From Lama glama (Eukaryota), in contig CM052816.1 of assembly GCA_028534125.1 (NCBI GenBank), positions 98,830,001 to 98,894,000 of the forward strand: a stretch of 64,000 nucleotides of DNA, written 5' to 3'. Below, one piece after another: positions 62,131 to 64,000 of the stretch. A program made the translations under genes and the position numbers. Numbering within the stretch: the stretch's first letter is position 1; each line of letters begins with the position of its first letter. The notes under the pieces were generated by a model. The model was not told where the DNA came from, ran no database searches, and worked only from the letters and a program-made list of their open reading frames with translations.

Positions 62131-62800
62131 TGTGATTTACAACTAGATCCACGTATTTAGTCTTCCTCTAATTTCTGGCAAACTGTGGGAATTACCTGCG
62201 TGCTGAGAGCAATAAAGGTGTCTTTTGTTATGTTAATGAGGTGACTTTGCACCAAGTATGAGGCCAGGTGCCAGGGGGCCCAACCCTGTGATTAGAGGGC
62301 TGGATCTTCCGTTCTCACCCCCTGACCTCCAGGGAGGGAAGGGGGCTGGAGGCTGCGTCAGGCACCAGTGGCTGATGACATGGTCAGACATGCCTGTGTA
62401 ATGGAGCCTCCTTAAAAATCCGCGAGGACTGGACTCAGAGCGCTTCCAGGTTGGTGAACAGGCAGAGACTGGGGGAGCGGGTGCCGGGAGAGGGCATGGA
62501 TACCCCTCACCCTTGCCCATGCCTTGCCCTAAGCATCTCTTTTGTTTGGCTGTTCCTAAATTATATCTTTTTATAATAAACCAGTAATCTGTTAGGTGCA
62601 ATGTTTCTCTGAGCTCTGTAAGTTGCGCTAGCAAGTTAATGGAACCCAAGGAGGGGCTGTAGGAATCTTCCATCCATGATGGTTCAGAGACACAGGTGAC
62701 AGCCTTGACCTATAATTAGCTCCCTAGATGGGTGGGGTAAGAGCATGTCCCTTGACCCATGAGGTCAGACTGGGCCAGGCCCCACTTTCCAACAGGGGGT
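62131..62800 (+). mobile_element. MER21-like LTR
   Basis: taatgaggtgact...caaccctgtgattagaggg...cttgccctaagcatctctt...tttataataaaccagtaa; boundaries approximate. Confidence 0.75.
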
Positions 62801-63459
62801 TTATCTGCTTAAAAGTAGAAAGAGTACCTCTGCAGTGTGAAACACCATATAAAGAAACAAGAAAAAAATTTTTTTTTGATGCAGGGAACTTTGAATTCCC
62901 AAAGGGAAAGGTTAGGACTGGACAACGTGTCTTGTGGATTATGTGACATTAGAACCTGTGGTGAAGCCTGCCTTAGTACAGCTTGAGGGATCAGGCGAAC
63001 CTGGAAGAAAGTTCTTTCAAAATTGTTGGCCAGGCATGACACATTCCCTTTGTTTCCTCAAGATCCCAGAGGGTCCTGGCTGAAACTGAACATCTCAGCT
63101 CCCGGGGCCAACAGGGTTCCATGGCCTTGATCTGCGGGCCCTGGTGTCCTTCAGCCCTAAACCAACCCAGACAGCTCAGCTCACTGACTGTGGTGCTGGT
63201 TCTGTTCTGGCTACACTCTAGAATCTGGATCTCTCCTCTTTGCGACTTCACTCTTTTTAGAAAAAGAAAGAAGAAAGGCTGGGAACCAAGGAGGGCAGAC
63301 CACACTGGATTCTTGAATTCAAAGTGTGACTTTTATAAGCTCCTTTCCCCTTATGGTTAAACACACAGAGATTTAGCTCCAAAAAAATTTTATATCATTA
63401 TATAAAATATTAATAATTCAGTGTTAAAGTAATATTTATTATGGTAGATGTATTACAAT

Positions 63460-63637
63460 CGTCAACTGAAAAAAAAATGCACAACCTTAAAGTTATCCAC
63501 TGGACATTTCTGAGGACTTAAGCGTGGGATGACAGCCTCTCAGGTCGCTCTGAGGGGCGGCTCCTAAGAGGCAGGGGGGAGCCAGGACACACAGGAGTTT
63601 GCAGCTCCAGCATGGCAGGCAGTACTTCTCACTCACA
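63460..63637 (-). mobile_element. Internally deleted MER41-like LTR
   Basis: gtcaactgaaaaaaaatgcacaacctt...ttctgaggactt...ggatgacagcctctcaggtcgctctgaggg is homologous to 17808-17960 and then jumps to the opposite LTR terminus (cactcaca). Confidence 0.75.
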
Positions 63638-64000
63638 GCATCCATTAACTGTTGGTTATTAGTATCATTGGTAATCAACACCCCTCCGCACCAAGGCCTC
63701 TGACCTACCCCCCCACCCCACCCCGCCCGGTGCTGGAAGCTGCTCATAAGGTAACCGGTGTCAGAAGACCCTTCACTTGGAAACCTTGGTTAATTAGACT
63801 CAACATTTGTTCCCTTTGTCATCTGGTCCAGAACGTATTTTCTTCCAATGAGCACACAGGTAGATAAATGTTGAAAGTTGATGTATCCCTTAGCTATTGC
63901 TGCCCAAGAAAATACCCCATAACTTAAAATGAGAACCATTTCTTCTTGTTTGTGGGCCTGTGTGCTGGCTGGTTGCCTGGAGGTGCGGACGGGCCTGCTG

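Overview
Mammalian genomic DNA, probably camelid (tRNA-Ala-derived Vic-1-like SINE, cetartiodactyl-type L1 3' ends and MER41-like LTRs; I saw no BovB/Bov-tA, PRE-1 or Alu). The window holds the 5' half of ADAMTS16 on the minus strand: a CpG-island promoter (~59.6-61.1 kb) and coding exons 1-9 (59912/59984 down to 4113). All nine exons have GT-AG boundaries and splice into one open frame covering the signal peptide, prodomain (furin sites, Cys switch) and the metalloprotease domain with HESGHNFGMVH and the Met-turn. Exon 10 onward lies left of position 1. The rest is intron or upstream DNA with L1, L2, MIR, LTR and DNA-transposon relics. I found no convincing new multi-gene system. The best leads are regulatory or splicing oddities: a candidate 21-nt in-frame cryptic microexon that would split the zinc motif, located next to a long UG tract; an orphan intronic CpG island with promoter-like motifs; an inverted pair of MER41-like solo LTRs beside exon 5; two in-frame start codons plus a NAGNAG acceptor; a phased ETS-site minisatellite inside an LTR; and a twin-primed L1. 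Repeat family names and human/mouse comparisons are from memory, not database searches.
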